This document shows, in pieces, positions 36,194-48,834 of a DNA stretch of 64,000 nt. The notes below the pieces were generated by a model that worked only from the letters and a program-made list of their open reading frames with translations, was not told the DNA's origin and did no database searches. Each line of letters begins with the position of its first letter. The stretch's first letter is position 1. Source of the DNA: Craspedostauros australis (lineage: Eukaryota). The stretch is from contig JALAGF010006190.1 in the NCBI GenBank assembly GCA_030167865.1, forward strand, positions 1 through 64,000, in the 5' to 3' direction. The position numbers and the translations under genes were made by a program.

Positions 36194-38139
36194 ATGTCAC
36201 CCAAGCCACAAGCAGATGGCGAAGACATCGCCACGAACTACGGAAGCCTCAATTCAGATGGCGATGCAAGCGCAAGCGAGACTTCGCCCTTGAGCAGAAA
36301 GTCATCAGCAGTCTCCGCCAGGAAGGCCCATCCCACCCTCATCAAGACCCAAACGAGCTTCTGGGAGGACGCTGTCAACTTCCGCGAGGGTAGCATCCCC
36401 CATTCCTCGATCTTGGCCATCAGCATTGGTATCATCTGCGGAGTTGCCGCATGGATCTACTACACCATCCTCTTCTGGGTGCTGGAGTACGTGTGGCATG
36501 ATCTGCCGCAGCAGATCGTCGTCGGCGTTTGGCCGGAATGGGCCCACATCCTCTGGATCCCCCTCGTCGGCTTCCTCATGGCCCTCGGCGTTGGACTCAC
36601 CGTCACGTACATGGGAGAGCCAGGCGATCTGCCGTCCACCATCAAGTGCGTGCACGAGGATGCCTACGTCGCGATGGACCACGTCATGCCCATGGTGTGC
36701 GCATCGCAATTCAGTATCGTCGGCGGTGGCTCTTTGGGTCCCGAGGCGCCTTTGGTCGGTACGTTGTCGATGGTTCGATCGTTTCGTCCGTTTGTGCGCT
36801 TCATTCTGCGCTTCATCCTACGCTACGTTCTGCTCTGCATCTGTGGCAAATTCATGTCGTCGTTGATGGCGGCATTTCATGTGACCGTCATTGTCCTTGC
36901 CCAGCATTGAACGCATGGAGCACTGTCATTACAGTGCCACGCATCACAGCATGTCACGCCATCACTATCACGCCATAGCTCATACTCTATGCCCTTTGCC
37001 ATCATCATTTCTCATTCTTCCTCAAATTCGGTCGGACCCATTTTCCATGAATGTGCGTCGTGATAACTCTTGAAATTCGAATTACAGCCATCTGCGCCGC
37101 ACTCGGTGGATATGTCTCACGCACCATCTTCAAGCAAACCCAACGCAACCTCATCCGCAAGCACACCCTCATGGGCATGTCCAGCGCATTGGCCGCCTTC
37201 TTCGGCTGCCCGCTCGGTGGTAGTCTCTTCGCCCTCGAGGTCAACTCGCGCTTCGGAGTGGAGTACTTTGAGCACACCATCGAAAGCATCTTCGCCGGAG
37301 AGATCTGCCTCATCGTCTTCCGCGGGCTCGCCCAGCTCCCCATCGAACCAATCTGGGAGATCGTGCCCGACAAGCTCACCGGAAGCGACCCCATGGCCTG
37401 CATCCACGGCATGCTGCTGGGACTCGTCGGTGCCCTCGTCGCCTACTGCTTCGCCAAGATGCACGCATCGGTCATGAAATTCTTTGCCATGCTCAACCTC
37501 ACGCCAAGCCGATCCGACCTGGCCGTCCCGCGGGCGCTGCTGGGATCCGTCGTCATTATCGGTCTCGGCATGATCATCCCGCACACCATGTTCTGGGGAG
37601 AGTTTGAGTTCGATACAATCGCCACCCTGGCGCCTGCCAGCACCCTCGCGCACATCTGGCCAACCGACGGCCTCATCGGTTTCGAGCTCAGCAACACAAC
37701 AGCAATGCCATCCTTCATCGTTGGCGTCACCAAGCTCATTGCCATCTCCTTCACGGTCGCCGGAGGATACCGCGGTGGTTACATCTTCCCAGCCATGGCA
37801 GCCGGAGCCGCGTTGGGAAATGCTCTCCACCTCTCCGTCTTCCCCTTCATCCCACAGCAGCTCTGCTGCTTGTGCATGGCCGGTGCCATCAACGTGGCGA
37901 TCACACGCACATCGATCGCCACCACCATGATCCTCGTGTACCTCGCCGGTGAGCAGAATGCCATGTCCGCCGTCCTCGCCGCGTCCCTCGTCAGTCTGTT
38001 CGCCACGGGATACATGCCATTCATCAAGACCCAGATCGCACGCGCGGACATTGATCGTAGCTTGTACCACATCGATGAGGAGGACGAAGATGACGATGAT
38101 GATGCGGAAGAGCAAGGCGAGAAGGCCCAGCTGGTTTGA
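36194..38139 (+). CDS. CLC: CLC-family chloride channel/transporter, prokaryote-like, without CBS domains (exons 36194-36758, 37088-38139)
   Basis: GGSLGPEAPLV|AIC, AAFFGCPLGGSLFALE, GGYRGGYIFP and many hydrophobic helices. Phase-1 GTACGT...CAG intron. Confidence 0.9.
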
Positions 38140-38996
38140 AACCGCACGGAGCCTCAACTCGCATGAGTGGCACGCCGCAGCGGCATCAGCAGCAACAGCA
38201 ATAGCAGGGAGTCTTCGACCTATCCATGGCGCCATACAAGTACCTGCTCCACTCCTACCGTGCGGCGTATACGTACGTACCAGAACTCTCACGATACGAG
38301 TATGTCCGTACCACATGACACACCATTTTTGTTCCTGTCAATTGAACATGTGTTACATTAGTAGAGCTAACGAGAGAAAACAAACCCAAAATACCATAAT
38401 TCTTGTGTCTCTAGCTGTTGCTCTGCGGTGGAGGAGTATTCGTGCGAGGATGAATGTACTCCACCATACTTTTCTCTGCGCGACTTCCGCATGCTACAGT
38501 CATCCCATGACATGCAAGTGTGAGGCGCCAACAACGGGAAGATGAAATGGAGCGTAAGCGGAATACTAGTCGTCATACGTGTGTAATTGGGCAAGCTATC
38601 GAAGCTTCGGAGGTGCATCACTCTATGAGGAGTCGTCGTCCGTATGCACTGATGGCACCTGATGGCACCTGATGACGAGCAAGACGATGCATCAGAAGGA
38701 CAGCAATCTCTCTCGTTCGACCTACCATACGTCTGCCATACCATACCAATGCAAGTTCCAGAGACGCCCTCTGACTGATGATTATATGCACGTCCTTGAG
38801 AGTTACGGCAAAGTGTTTGGATGTGACAGCGCTTCCGCGAGGTGTGCTACTTTGTCCTCTGCAGCTCGTGCGAGTAGAGGACATTGCAGCTGCAGTTTCA
38901 CTTGACCCTGGCCATGCTTCATTCGCACTCGCAGAGCACTCTGCTAGGATACAGTGTGGTAAACCATTCTCGAGAGAGTAACTAATTGTTAGTAAA

Positions 38997-40289
38997 TCAC
39001 AAGTCAAAGGACTCGCTAAACTTCAGACGCTGACCCGGTCGTCGACGACCACACAAGTGCCAGCCAGCAAAGACGAGGAGGACGAAGGCCCCAGCCACCG
39101 AGGCAGCCAGCCAGGCAACGTTGCTCCTGAACAAACCGGCAGCGCTTGCTTTCTTTTCCGGTGCATCCTCATCAACACTTTCATTCTCGTCATCTCCGAT
39201 CAACGAAGGCGTCGTTCGGACGGTGCAGCAGGTCTCGTAGAAACCATTGTCGTGATAATTCTCCAACAGACGATCACACGTGGATTCATTCGGGATGAAC
39301 CGCAGCGAAGTCGCAAGATCCTGACACGAGTACTCGTCGTCATCGAGCATTTCGTCAGGATTCAGGACCGCCCCGTTGTCCAGTTCATCGCCGCACAGCG
39401 AACAAATGTCGGGCGGTGGTCCGCTGTCCTCGCACCCGCAGAAAGCAGGAGCGTCGAATTCGAGAATATTCGCCACCATGTACGAGCACTCGTCATGCGT
39501 AAACCACGACGCCACGAGTTCGAAGGCGTCACAGTCCCAGCCGTAGAACACCTTCTCCGTGCGGACCGTGTGGCTGGATTTGCTCGATCGTTTGCCGGTG
39601 GGGCACAGGCTGCATTCCGCCTCTTTGCCAGGGCACTTGCACCATGCCGCGCTTCGTTGCAGCAGCGTGTCCGAACAATCTCCCGGGGTGAAGAGGTAGT
39701 CGAGGAAGGGGTAGTGCCTGCCCTGGCTCCCCGTGTCTGTGTTCGTATTCAAATCTCCGACGACGAGATCGGAGCAGGTCCGGCTGTCTCTGTCGCCTCC
39801 GCTTAATGATGGCACGATGGTCAGAGGGTCGAAGACCCCGCCGTCGGGGCACAAAGAACAGACACCTCGTGGGGGTTGCGGGCAGCAATCGTTCTGGTAG
39901 TTCGCCAGCTGCTGCAGCCGACATTCTTCACCCGCCGTGGGTGAAATCTTCAGAGTTTTGGTGGCCAACGCGGCACATTCTCCAACCTCCTGTTCTCCGT
40001 CATCATTCGTGTACGAATCGTCGATGATGCTGTCGCCGTTGGCACACGGTTGACATTCTCCCATCGTCATCTGCTTCGTCTTGGAATTGACGGCCCCCGC
40101 TTGGTGGCTGTACGTGATGGGGCGATCCATGTCCAGCACCAGATTGGGCTGCTGGGGATGGATGATGTCGGCGGCACTGATCTGCGCGGCAGTGACGAGC
40201 AGAACTGCAGCAGTCGCCGCGATCGTCCTGTCGATGCCGCCATTGCGACCCCAGTCAATTCGCCTTCGTCTGGTCGATGGAGTGTTCAT
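38997..40289 (-). CDS. Cys-rich repeat type I membrane/surface protein
   Basis: Hydrophobic N-terminal segment (IAATAAVLLVTAAQISA), four repeats of the form CxxCxxG...C...C...CC/CxC, and a C-terminal TM helix (VAWLAASVAGAFVLLVFAGW) followed by RRR. Start set at ATG 40289. Confidence 0.75.
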   Translation of the reverse strand: MNTPSTRRRRIDWGRNGGIDRTIAATAAVLLVTAAQISAADIIHPQQPNLVLDMDRPITYSHQAGAVNSKTKQMTMGECQPCANGDSIIDDSYTNDDGEQEVGECAALATKTLKISPTAGEECRLQQLANYQNDCCPQPPRGVCSLCPDGGVFDPLTIVPSLSGGDRDSRTCSDLVVGDLNTNTDTGSQGRHYPFLDYLFTPGDCSDTLLQRSAAWCKCPGKEAECSLCPTGKRSSKSSHTVRTEKVFYGWDCDAFELVASWFTHDECSYMVANILEFDAPAFCGCEDSGPPPDICSLCGDELDNGAVLNPDEMLDDDEYSCQDLATSLRFIPNESTCDRLLENYHDNGFYETCCTVRTTPSLIGDDENESVDEDAPEKKASAAGLFRSNVAWLAASVAGAFVLLVFAGWHLCGRRRPGQRLKFSESFDL

Positions 40290-41374
40290 GGTTGATGCAG
40301 TTGTTGCTGCGGAAGTGCTGTGCGAAGGATGTTCTGGAGAGGCTGGTTCAAACAGACCTTGAAAACGTAGCAACCCTCGTAATGATGACAACGATCGAGA
40401 GACGGAGATGGAGAGGGTGGTAGTAGTGGCTGGCCTTATGAAGTGATTCCTCGTACGGTTGCGCTCGACATTTGATGACAAGGCCGCGCTCTTGAGCTGT
40501 GACTCTGGATGCTGTTATTGAGGTTGTTTGCAACAGGCCCCTCTCTACAATGGGCAAGGTGTGTACCATATATTCTATAGTACTCGACAGAACACATACA
40601 TAGTGCCCTCAGCGGGAGGAAAAGATGCGCAGAGGACTGTTGGGTCGGCCTCGCAAATTTCAGTGATCATGGTCGTGCCACATGCTCGTGCGCACGATTC
40701 CCCTCGTAAACATCGAATCCATTAGCCCTCTCCCATAATCGTTGTTCTATCTTTCACATGACTGCTCCAGGGGGCTCGTCCACTTGCCTTCTTCTGTCCA
40801 GCTGGAGCAACTCATCCTCCCTTTGGACCCTTCGCGCACCTCTCGCCATCTTCAAATCGTTGGCTCCAACGGCAGCGCACATCCACAACACACCACGGCG
40901 CTCGGCCGTCGACGAAAACAGACACACACACAAATTGTGAGTTCGTCTCTTTCTTCATTGTTGTATCCACGACTGTGATTTCGGGAGATGACGTCACTCA
41001 TTTCAGATATGCAAGAGAAACACGATCAAATTTTCGACAGCTTCGCGGATCTTGTTTCGGAATCTCGAAATCGACTCACGAAACAACAAAGAACACAAAC
41101 GAGCAACAACAATCTCCACCACCGTCACTGTCATTGGTGTCAACTGATGTTGGTGCTGTTGTCATCCCCACAAAGTCTTGGCCACGCGGGCTGCGCATCA
41201 CACTCTGATCTATTTCAGAGAGTACTACTACTAACTATACTTCCACCTCGATACTTCGCGACTGAACTGCCCAAGGCAAGCATCGCAGGAGGGGACGGTA
41301 ACGGCAATAACAACAACGACAACAATAGCGATAGCGACGACGGTGGCGACCATTGACGCAGCAACAGCTTGAGC

Positions 41375-43009
41375 ATGGCTCTGTTCCGGAGAAAGAAGAA
41401 AGGCAGAAGCATGCAGCCACCTTCAGCTGCATCGCCGAACGTCTCGGTGGTCAATCAGCAGAGGTTTCTGAACCAAGCCTCGTCTCTCATTCCTGCGGAA
41501 GTGCGCATGATCAGCGGATGCGAGGATCAGCAAACTTCCGCGGATGTGTCCAATGTAGCCAATCAGCTACCGAATCCCGCTGGCCGTGCCGGAGGTGCCT
41601 GCACGAGTCAGCTGTTGAAGATACTCTGGAGACAACATCAACAGCAGCAGCAACAACAACACCATTCACACAATATGAGTAATGAGATCTCGGCTTCCTT
41701 CCAAAGCGTTCTGGTCGAACTACGACAGAATCTGCAACAGGAAGGGTACTCGCAGATACCCCAGCTGTCAAGCAGCCGTCCTCTGGATTTGGGTTGCACG
41801 CCGTTCCAATTGGCGGTGGGCGGTGGACGGCGCCGGGCGCTGTTGGTTGGCATCAACTACCGCGGGCAGAATGGCGAATTGAGAGGATGCCACAACGATG
41901 TGCTGAACATGAAGCAGTATCTGATGAGCCACCATGGATTTCCGCAGCAGGATATTCTGGTCCTGATGGATGACGGCGTGCACAAGTACCCCACCCGACA
42001 GAACATCATGCGAAGCCTGCAGGCCTTGGTCAAGGCTTCCGCACCCGGTGATTCCGTTTTCTTCCACTACTCCGGTCATGGCGGTCTCCTCATGCCGCAG
42101 GGCAACCTCTTCAAGACGAAGCAAAAGGACTACGACCAGACCTTGATCCCGGTGGATCACAACCATCGCGGGCAGATTCGCGACTTTTCGTTATTCACGC
42201 ACTTCGTCCAACCGATGCCAGCGGGCGTGACGGTGACGTGCTTGCTGGATTGCTGCCATTCCGGGTCCGTCCTGGACCTTCCGTACAGCTTCCGTCCCAC
42301 GACCATCGGCGAGAAGGGCGGTGGCATGCTGGGCAATTCCATGATGACACCGCACATGGACTTCCTGAGTAACCTGGCGTTCCTGTATCTGCTTTCCGGT
42401 GGGATGCTCCCGCATGGATTCGGCGATGTGACAGATCATTTCGAGGATGTGACTGGCGAAGACATGACTGAATACCAGGGCATTTTGGCGGAGGATACCG
42501 CGGCGGATATTGATGGTGCAGATCTCGGGTATGCAGGTGATGGCAGTGGGTACGGCGCAGATGTTGCAGGATTCGATGATGATGCTCTGGATGAGTACGC
42601 GAACGCGACTCCGAGAGAGTACGATCTTGGACTTGGTGACGATGACGAGCCACTGTTTGGTGATGGCAGGAACAACACTGGCGAAGCCGCAGAACAACAA
42701 GGCTACGGCGACACGTGGGGCGAATCAAACGGTGGTGATGCAGCTGCCACAACAGATGCAGTTGATTACACGCAGAACACCGGTTACACGCAGGACACTG
42801 GTTACACGCAGGATGCTGGTTACGCCAACTATGCGGATGCCGGTGATGCAGGTGGCACAAGCGATGCGTTCGGATACGGATACGGCAATGATGATGTCGG
42901 CGGTGGTTGGGGAGGTGACATGGATGCGGATGATGGAGACAATTGCAACTTCTTGTCCTTCGTGTTCACCCTTCTGGGTAGCATTATGTCCGGAGGAGAC
43001 GAGGACTGA
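41375..43009 (+). CDS. MCA: Type III metacaspase (p10 domain N-terminal to p20) with a long acidic C-terminal tail
   Basis: p10 motifs MISGCEDQQTSADV, AGGACT and QIPQLSSS come before p20 motifs RALLVGINY, LRGCHNDV, HYSGHGG and DCCHSG (His/Cys dyad intact). Confidence 0.92.
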   Translation: MALFRRKKKGRSMQPPSAASPNVSVVNQQRFLNQASSLIPAEVRMISGCEDQQTSADVSNVANQLPNPAGRAGGACTSQLLKILWRQHQQQQQQQHHSHNMSNEISASFQSVLVELRQNLQQEGYSQIPQLSSSRPLDLGCTPFQLAVGGGRRRALLVGINYRGQNGELRGCHNDVLNMKQYLMSHHGFPQQDILVLMDDGVHKYPTRQNIMRSLQALVKASAPGDSVFFHYSGHGGLLMPQGNLFKTKQKDYDQTLIPVDHNHRGQIRDFSLFTHFVQPMPAGVTVTCLLDCCHSGSVLDLPYSFRPTTIGEKGGGMLGNSMMTPHMDFLSNLAFLYLLSGGMLPHGFGDVTDHFEDVTGEDMTEYQGILAEDTAADIDGADLGYAGDGSGYGADVAGFDDDALDEYANATPREYDLGLGDDDEPLFGDGRNNTGEAAEQQGYGDTWGESNGGDAAATTDAVDYTQNTGYTQDTGYTQDAGYANYADAGDAGGTSDAFGYGYGNDDVGGGWGGDMDADDGDNCNFLSFVFTLLGSIMSGGDED

Positions 43010-44137
43010 TTTTGGTACTGTGGTTTATCTACGCACCACACATACTCGTATTGTCGTGAAGCATGCACGCATATAGAGAGTCGATCATTCGTACAGCATT
43101 AAGTAATAAATACATAATCCTATTGTATAATGCATTACTATTATATTATATTAGTAGATCTTTGTGTGGCGTTCGCAGAACAGAGTGAAACACTTGAATC
43201 TCTCCAGAGAGAGAGAGAGAGTATCCTATTATTTTACTACTCCATTATTATTACACTGCGCTTCAGAGAGACGTACGGACATTAGGATGCGCGTTGTCTT
43301 CATGGCGCCCGCACTATCATATCTCGTGCACATGCACATCAGTCTCGAGTTCAAAGGAAGTAGTCGTATTGCATTATCCATGGCTAGTACTGTGCACTCT
43401 ACGATTGCAAACGTAGCCTTCCTCCTCGCCCCGCTCCGCTCTCGACGGAGAGAGGACGATCCCCCTCCTCCTCCTCTCCTTTCGTCTTCCGCCTTTTCGT
43501 CCCGCTTGAAGGTGGAGCATCGTCGACATCACCGCTCCCGCGCCACGCAAATGCACACAGAGCAACCTTTGGAACGTACGATTCTTCCGATTCAGTTGTA
43601 TTTTTGCGGGGTCTTCGCGTTCGTTCGTACGGGTATGCGAACACTCTGGACCAATCAGAAGTTCGCATTGGCAGACGGAGGTTCTGATCCGGACTCCACA
43701 CGCCACGAATCTTTTTGCGTTGTTGTGTGAACGACAAAAAGATCTCACACGCATCACATCATGCCACATAGTCGTACCAACCCCCAACATCCCGAAGTTC
43801 GGATCCCTCCACGCACCAATGAACGAACGACCGAACGCAAGGCGAGAAAGCAAGGGGGAGGCCACCAAGGGAGGAGAGAGCGGCCAAATTCGACGGTTCT
43901 GGCGACATCACCGATTCTGGCACCGGGACGACAACCGCTGCCACCAGCTGCCGCGGCACCTCTCTTGTCTCGTCCATGTCGTCGTTGCTGGGGCACTAGC
44001 TCGTTGTCGTTGTCCGCGCTGGCTGCGGTCGCGACTGCGGCAGCTCTGTCGTCGATGATGCCCACAAAAAGCAGGAATCCACAAAACCCAAAGATCCCCC
44101 CATCCGCACCCCTCCCACCAGCTTCACCAGCCTCACC

Positions 44138-45786
44138 ATGTTGACCAGCTTCTCCCGCGCCATCGCCCGCAGCCAATCCACATCGGCCATCGCCAAGCGG
44201 TCGATGAGCGCCATCACAGGCGTGCGCGGACGCGAGATCATTGACTCTCGTGGCAACCCGACCGTCGAGGTCGACATCACCACCGACAAGGGCACCTTCA
44301 CCGCCTCTGTGCCGTCCGGCGCCTCCACCGGCATCTACGAGGCCCACGAGCTTCGCGATGGCGGAGCCCGCTACATGGGAAAGGGATGCGCCAAGGCTGT
44401 TGAGAACGTCAACACCGTCCTGGCCGACACCATCATGGGAATGGATCCTGCCGACCAGCGCGGAATCGACGAAGCCATGCTCAAGGTGGACGGAACCCCG
44501 AACAAGGCTAATGTCGGAGCCAACGCCATTCTCGGAAGTAAGTTTACCATGTTCAGCCGCCTGCCCTGCTACAATTGGTGGTGCTATTATTGCTCTGCTT
44601 CTACTGCCTTTTCTACTGCTGCTGCTGCTGGCGGTGGCGGTGGCGCAAATCCCATAGAAGAACGGAGGAGCTCTAGAGCCATCACCTCCTCTTCCATTTC
44701 TAATCCATTCTTTCTCATGCTTTTCTACACCATTCTCCCACAAAATCGAAATGACCAATACTCGCACTCGTGCATCAACGCATCGCCATGCCAACGCGCG
44801 CAGTCTCCCTTGCCATCGGAAAGGCCGGCGCCGCCAACCGTGGAATCCCGCTCTGGAAGCACTACGCCGACATCGCAGGAAACCCAATCCCAGAGACTCT
44901 CCCAGTCCCATGCTTCAATGTCATCAACGGAGGTGAGCACGCAGGTAACAAGCTCCCCTTCCAGGAATTCTTCGTCATCCCAACCGGTGCAGAGACATTC
45001 AGCGAGTCCATGCAGATCGGATGCGAGGTCTTCCACAACCTCAAGAAGGTCATCCAGACCAAGTTCGGCGGTGATGCCACCCTGATCGGTGACGAGGGTG
45101 GCTTCGCCCCGCCATGCGACGTCGAGTCCGGTCTTGACATGATCATGGAGGCCTCCGAGATGGCAGGATACCTCGACAAGGTCAGCGTCGGTTTGGACGT
45201 TGCCAGTTCCGAATTCAAGGTCGCTGGAGAGGACGCCTACGACCTCGACTTCAAGGCCGCCGAGAAGGATCCATCGCAGGTCCTCTCCGGTGACGAGATG
45301 ATCGCCCTCTACAAGAAGATCATCGACAAGTACCCAATCGTCACCATCGAAGATCCATTCGATCAGGATGACTGGGTCAACTGGTCCAAGATCGTCGCCG
45401 AGGTCGGCGAGGCGGTCCAGATCGTCGGAGATGATCTCACCGTCACCAACCCGCTCAAGATCACCGAAGCCATCGAGCAGAAGGCCGCCAACTGCCTCCT
45501 CCTCAAGGTCAATCAGATCGGTTCCATCTCCGAATCTATCGACGCCGTCAAGCTCTCCAAGCAGAACGGATGGGGCGTCATGACGTCCCACCGCTCCGGA
45601 GAGACCGAGGACAACTACATCGCCGACCTGGCCGTCGGTCTCGGAACCGGTCAGATCAAGACCGGTGCTCCATGCCGTGGAGAGCGAACTGCCAAGTACA
45701 ACCAGCTCCTCCGTATCGAGGAGGAGCTGGCAGGTACCGCCGTCTACCCAGGTGCAGGATTCCGCACACCAGCCTGGATGGCATAA
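44138..45786 (+). CDS. ENO: Enolase with a mitochondrial-type presequence (exons 44138-44537, 44804-45786)
   Basis: [24 protein letters not shown] presequence. Motifs [70 protein letters not shown]. Confidence 0.97.
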
Positions 45787-46779
45787 ATTCGCGCATCGCC
45801 CTGAAGATGAACCGAAGAGTTTGGGAGGAGAAGCGGACGGATGGCCCGGCAACGTTCAGAAGGGAGAGGAGGCAGCGCATGTCTACGGGGATAGCTGACC
45901 TTCTTTCTGTTGTTGACTTCGCCGGCGCCGCTGCTCGGCGGGTTCGAAACAGAATTTGCAGCACCAACGCCAGCATTCCGCTCCTTCGCCGATATTGTAT
46001 GGTCAAGGACCCCCGTCCGCGCTTGTGCGTGCAGTGTGCTCGCAGAGTGATTGCTTCAAAGCATTTCCAAGCACCCTGCGAGTACTTACATGAGAGTAGG
46101 AGTATGTCGGCAACCAAACACACACCAGTCGCAAAATAGACGAAATGAGTTTTTTGAACATTCATGGTCTGCCCAGCGACAGGCAGAGGAGAGTTACATA
46201 TGGTACATGCGTGAGGTTGCGTGGGCAGTTGTTCCTGCCGGCGATTGCATATTCGAGGACTCTGCTCTTATTGCTTGCGCCTTCCTAAGGTCGCTGGAGG
46301 CGCGCGTCCCTTTGGCATGCCCATCCATGGATTGTGCGTAACTGATTGATGTGTGGGGGCGTTGAGTGTCAAATGGTGAATGAAGTGAGATCGAGTCGCT
46401 GCAGCTCTTCTGGTGCCGCATACTTGTAGTACGAGTTTGGACCCGCTCAGCACCCCGTGAGGAGGCAAACGGACTCTTGGTCATCACATGAAGGAAGCCC
46501 ATCTGAACTGCGTCTGTCCGCACGAGTGTTGCTTCAGGCCGACTTGACGCTCCGTGCAGAGCATCGTGCAACACATGCTGGGATGGCGGTTGCTGGCTTC
46601 TCGTCAAGAGAGTCGGAAAAATGGAATGAAAAGGCAGAGTGCATACCCGCGATTCAGGGCGCTCATCATGGTTCTTGACGGAAACACGAGCACTCTGCTG
46701 GAAGACAATTGTGCTGGAGTGGGTACAAAGTATACCAGGATACTATACTAAACTATTTGAGTATCAGCAGTGCGACCAT

Positions 46780-48834
46780 TTAGTTGAGGACGTTGACGCA
46801 GTTCAAGTCTTCGGCGGCCTGGCACAAACGAGCGGCCATGGCTTCCTCTCCGGCGCGGAGCATCATGCGTGGGTCGTAGTACTTCTTGTTTGGGATGTCG
46901 TCACCGTCTGGGTTTCCGATCTGCGCCTGCAGGTATTCGCGGTTCGCGGCCTCGTAGGCGCGGACACCGTCCCAGTAGGCCCACTGGGTGTCAGTGTCGA
47001 TGTTCATCTTGATGACGCCGGCATCGATGGCGTACTGGATGTCATCCGGGGAGGAGCCGGATCCTCCGTGGAAGACGAAGAGCATTGGCTTGTCCTCATC
47101 ACCTCCGATCTTCTCCTGGATGTACTTCTGGGTGTTGTGGAGGATGACCGGTCGGAGCTCGACGTTTCCTGGGGCGTAGACACCGTGGACGTTTCCGAAG
47201 GAAGCGGCGCAGGTGAAGGCTGCGTTTGGAACCTGGGAGAGCTCCTGGTAGGCGTAGTAGACCTCCTCTGGCTGGGTGTAGAGGCGGCTGGAGTCGATGT
47301 CAGTGTTGTCGACACCGTCCTCCTCTCCTCCGGTGACACCGAGCTCGAATTCGAGGAGGATATCGATCTTGGCGAACTTCTCCATGTACTGCTTGCAGAT
47401 GCCGATGTTCTCCTCGAGTGGCTCCTCGGAGAGGTCGAGCATGTGGGAGGAGAAGAGTGGCTCTCCGTGGAGCTTGTAGTACTCCTCGCTGGCGGCATAG
47501 AGACCGTCGATCCATGGCAACCACGCCTTCTGGCAGTGATCGGTGTGGAGGACGACTGGGACTCCGTAGAGCTCGGCGACCTCACGGACGTGCTTGGCGG
47601 CGGCGATGGATCCGGCGATGGAGGCGGAGTCGGCATCGTTGGAGAGAGACTTTCCGGCGATGAACTGTCCACCTCCCTTGGAGAAGGTGACCATGATTGG
47701 TCCACCGTACTTGGCGGCGGCCTCCATGCATGCGTTGATAGAGTTTCCTCCGACGACGTTGACTCCTGGGATGGCGAATCCCTCCTTCTTGGCGTGCTCG
47801 AGGAGGTCGACGAGGGCCTTTCCGGTCACGACACCTGGCTTGACGGAAGCTGGGAGCTTGGCGAATGCCTGTGGGTGCGCAAGTTTTTGATGTTGACGTT
47901 GTTGTCGATGTTGTCGTTGTCATTGAGGTGGGTATTACCGCACGTATCGTGACGAATCAATCAATCAGTTTGCGTCGTTGGATGTGATCGTTCGTGGGCA
48001 TCAGAAGCCGTCAAGAAACGCCGTTCAGACAGAAGAGGACGGTGTGGTATTCCATTTCCATTGCGTTTCCATGAAGCGACGTCATGAAGTTTCGAATTCC
48101 ATTGATTACATCGTCGGTTGGTGAATTGTTCCATTTCGAGGGCAGTTGATGCAGGATCAGTTGATTTGGTTCATGGAGAAGTTCATGGAAAATTTGATTG
48201 ACGACCAATGTGGCGGAAATGAAGTACGTCATCATCAATTCCAAGAATCAAATCACAACAGAACATGGAAGACGAAAACACCCACGGACGAAACAGATGA
48301 CAGTACACCATATTCGTTCGTGTGCATGCGGTGTCCATCATTGCAATATCGGATGGAGTCCATGGTGATGAGAGGGAGGGAAGGAAAGGTGAGGAAATGA
48401 GCGATATTACATTGCGCACTGCATTCCAAGGTGCCTCCATTTTTCATTTGCATTCTGACGCGTTGGCATGTTTTGTGAGGTGTATTGAGGGCGTATCTTT
48501 TCGTGAAATTTGATGATGCGCGTGGCGACGCCGCTGCGGCGAGCCACGTTGACGATCGATGATCGCTGCACCATTTTGGTAAGATGTCCATGCTGCTCCA
48601 AGCTTGCAGGTATATGCACAGTCCAGTGGGAACCACGCGGCACGTCAAAGATTCAACACATGCGAAGCGCAGGCAGATGCCCGCATCTCCAACCCTCCGC
48701 GAAATGGAGATTCGTACCTTGGTCTCGTCAGAGGTCTCGGAAGACTTCAAGGCCATGTTGCGGACGCCGAAGTTGGTGGCTGGGGCGAAGGCGGCGGCGG
48801 AGCCCAAAAGGAGGAAGGCGGAGGAGAACTTCAT
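46780..48834 (-). CDS. FBA: Plastid-targeted class II fructose-bisphosphate aldolase, FBAC1-like (exons 48834-48718, 47868-46780)
   Basis: Presequence MKFSSAFLLLGSAAA|FAP, then ...ETK|AFAKLPASVKPGVVTG. Motifs LHTDHC, SSHMLDLS, FGNVHGVY, FVFHGGSG, PNKKYYDPR. Confidence 0.95.

Noticed and set aside
3872..47952. Long antisense ORFs opposite PK, FBA, CLC and enolase (for example 3872-4891, 8142-9485, 37117-38316, 44725-45852, 46639-47952)
   Set aside because: They are shadows of strong C-ending codon bias in the real genes and have no recognisable motifs.
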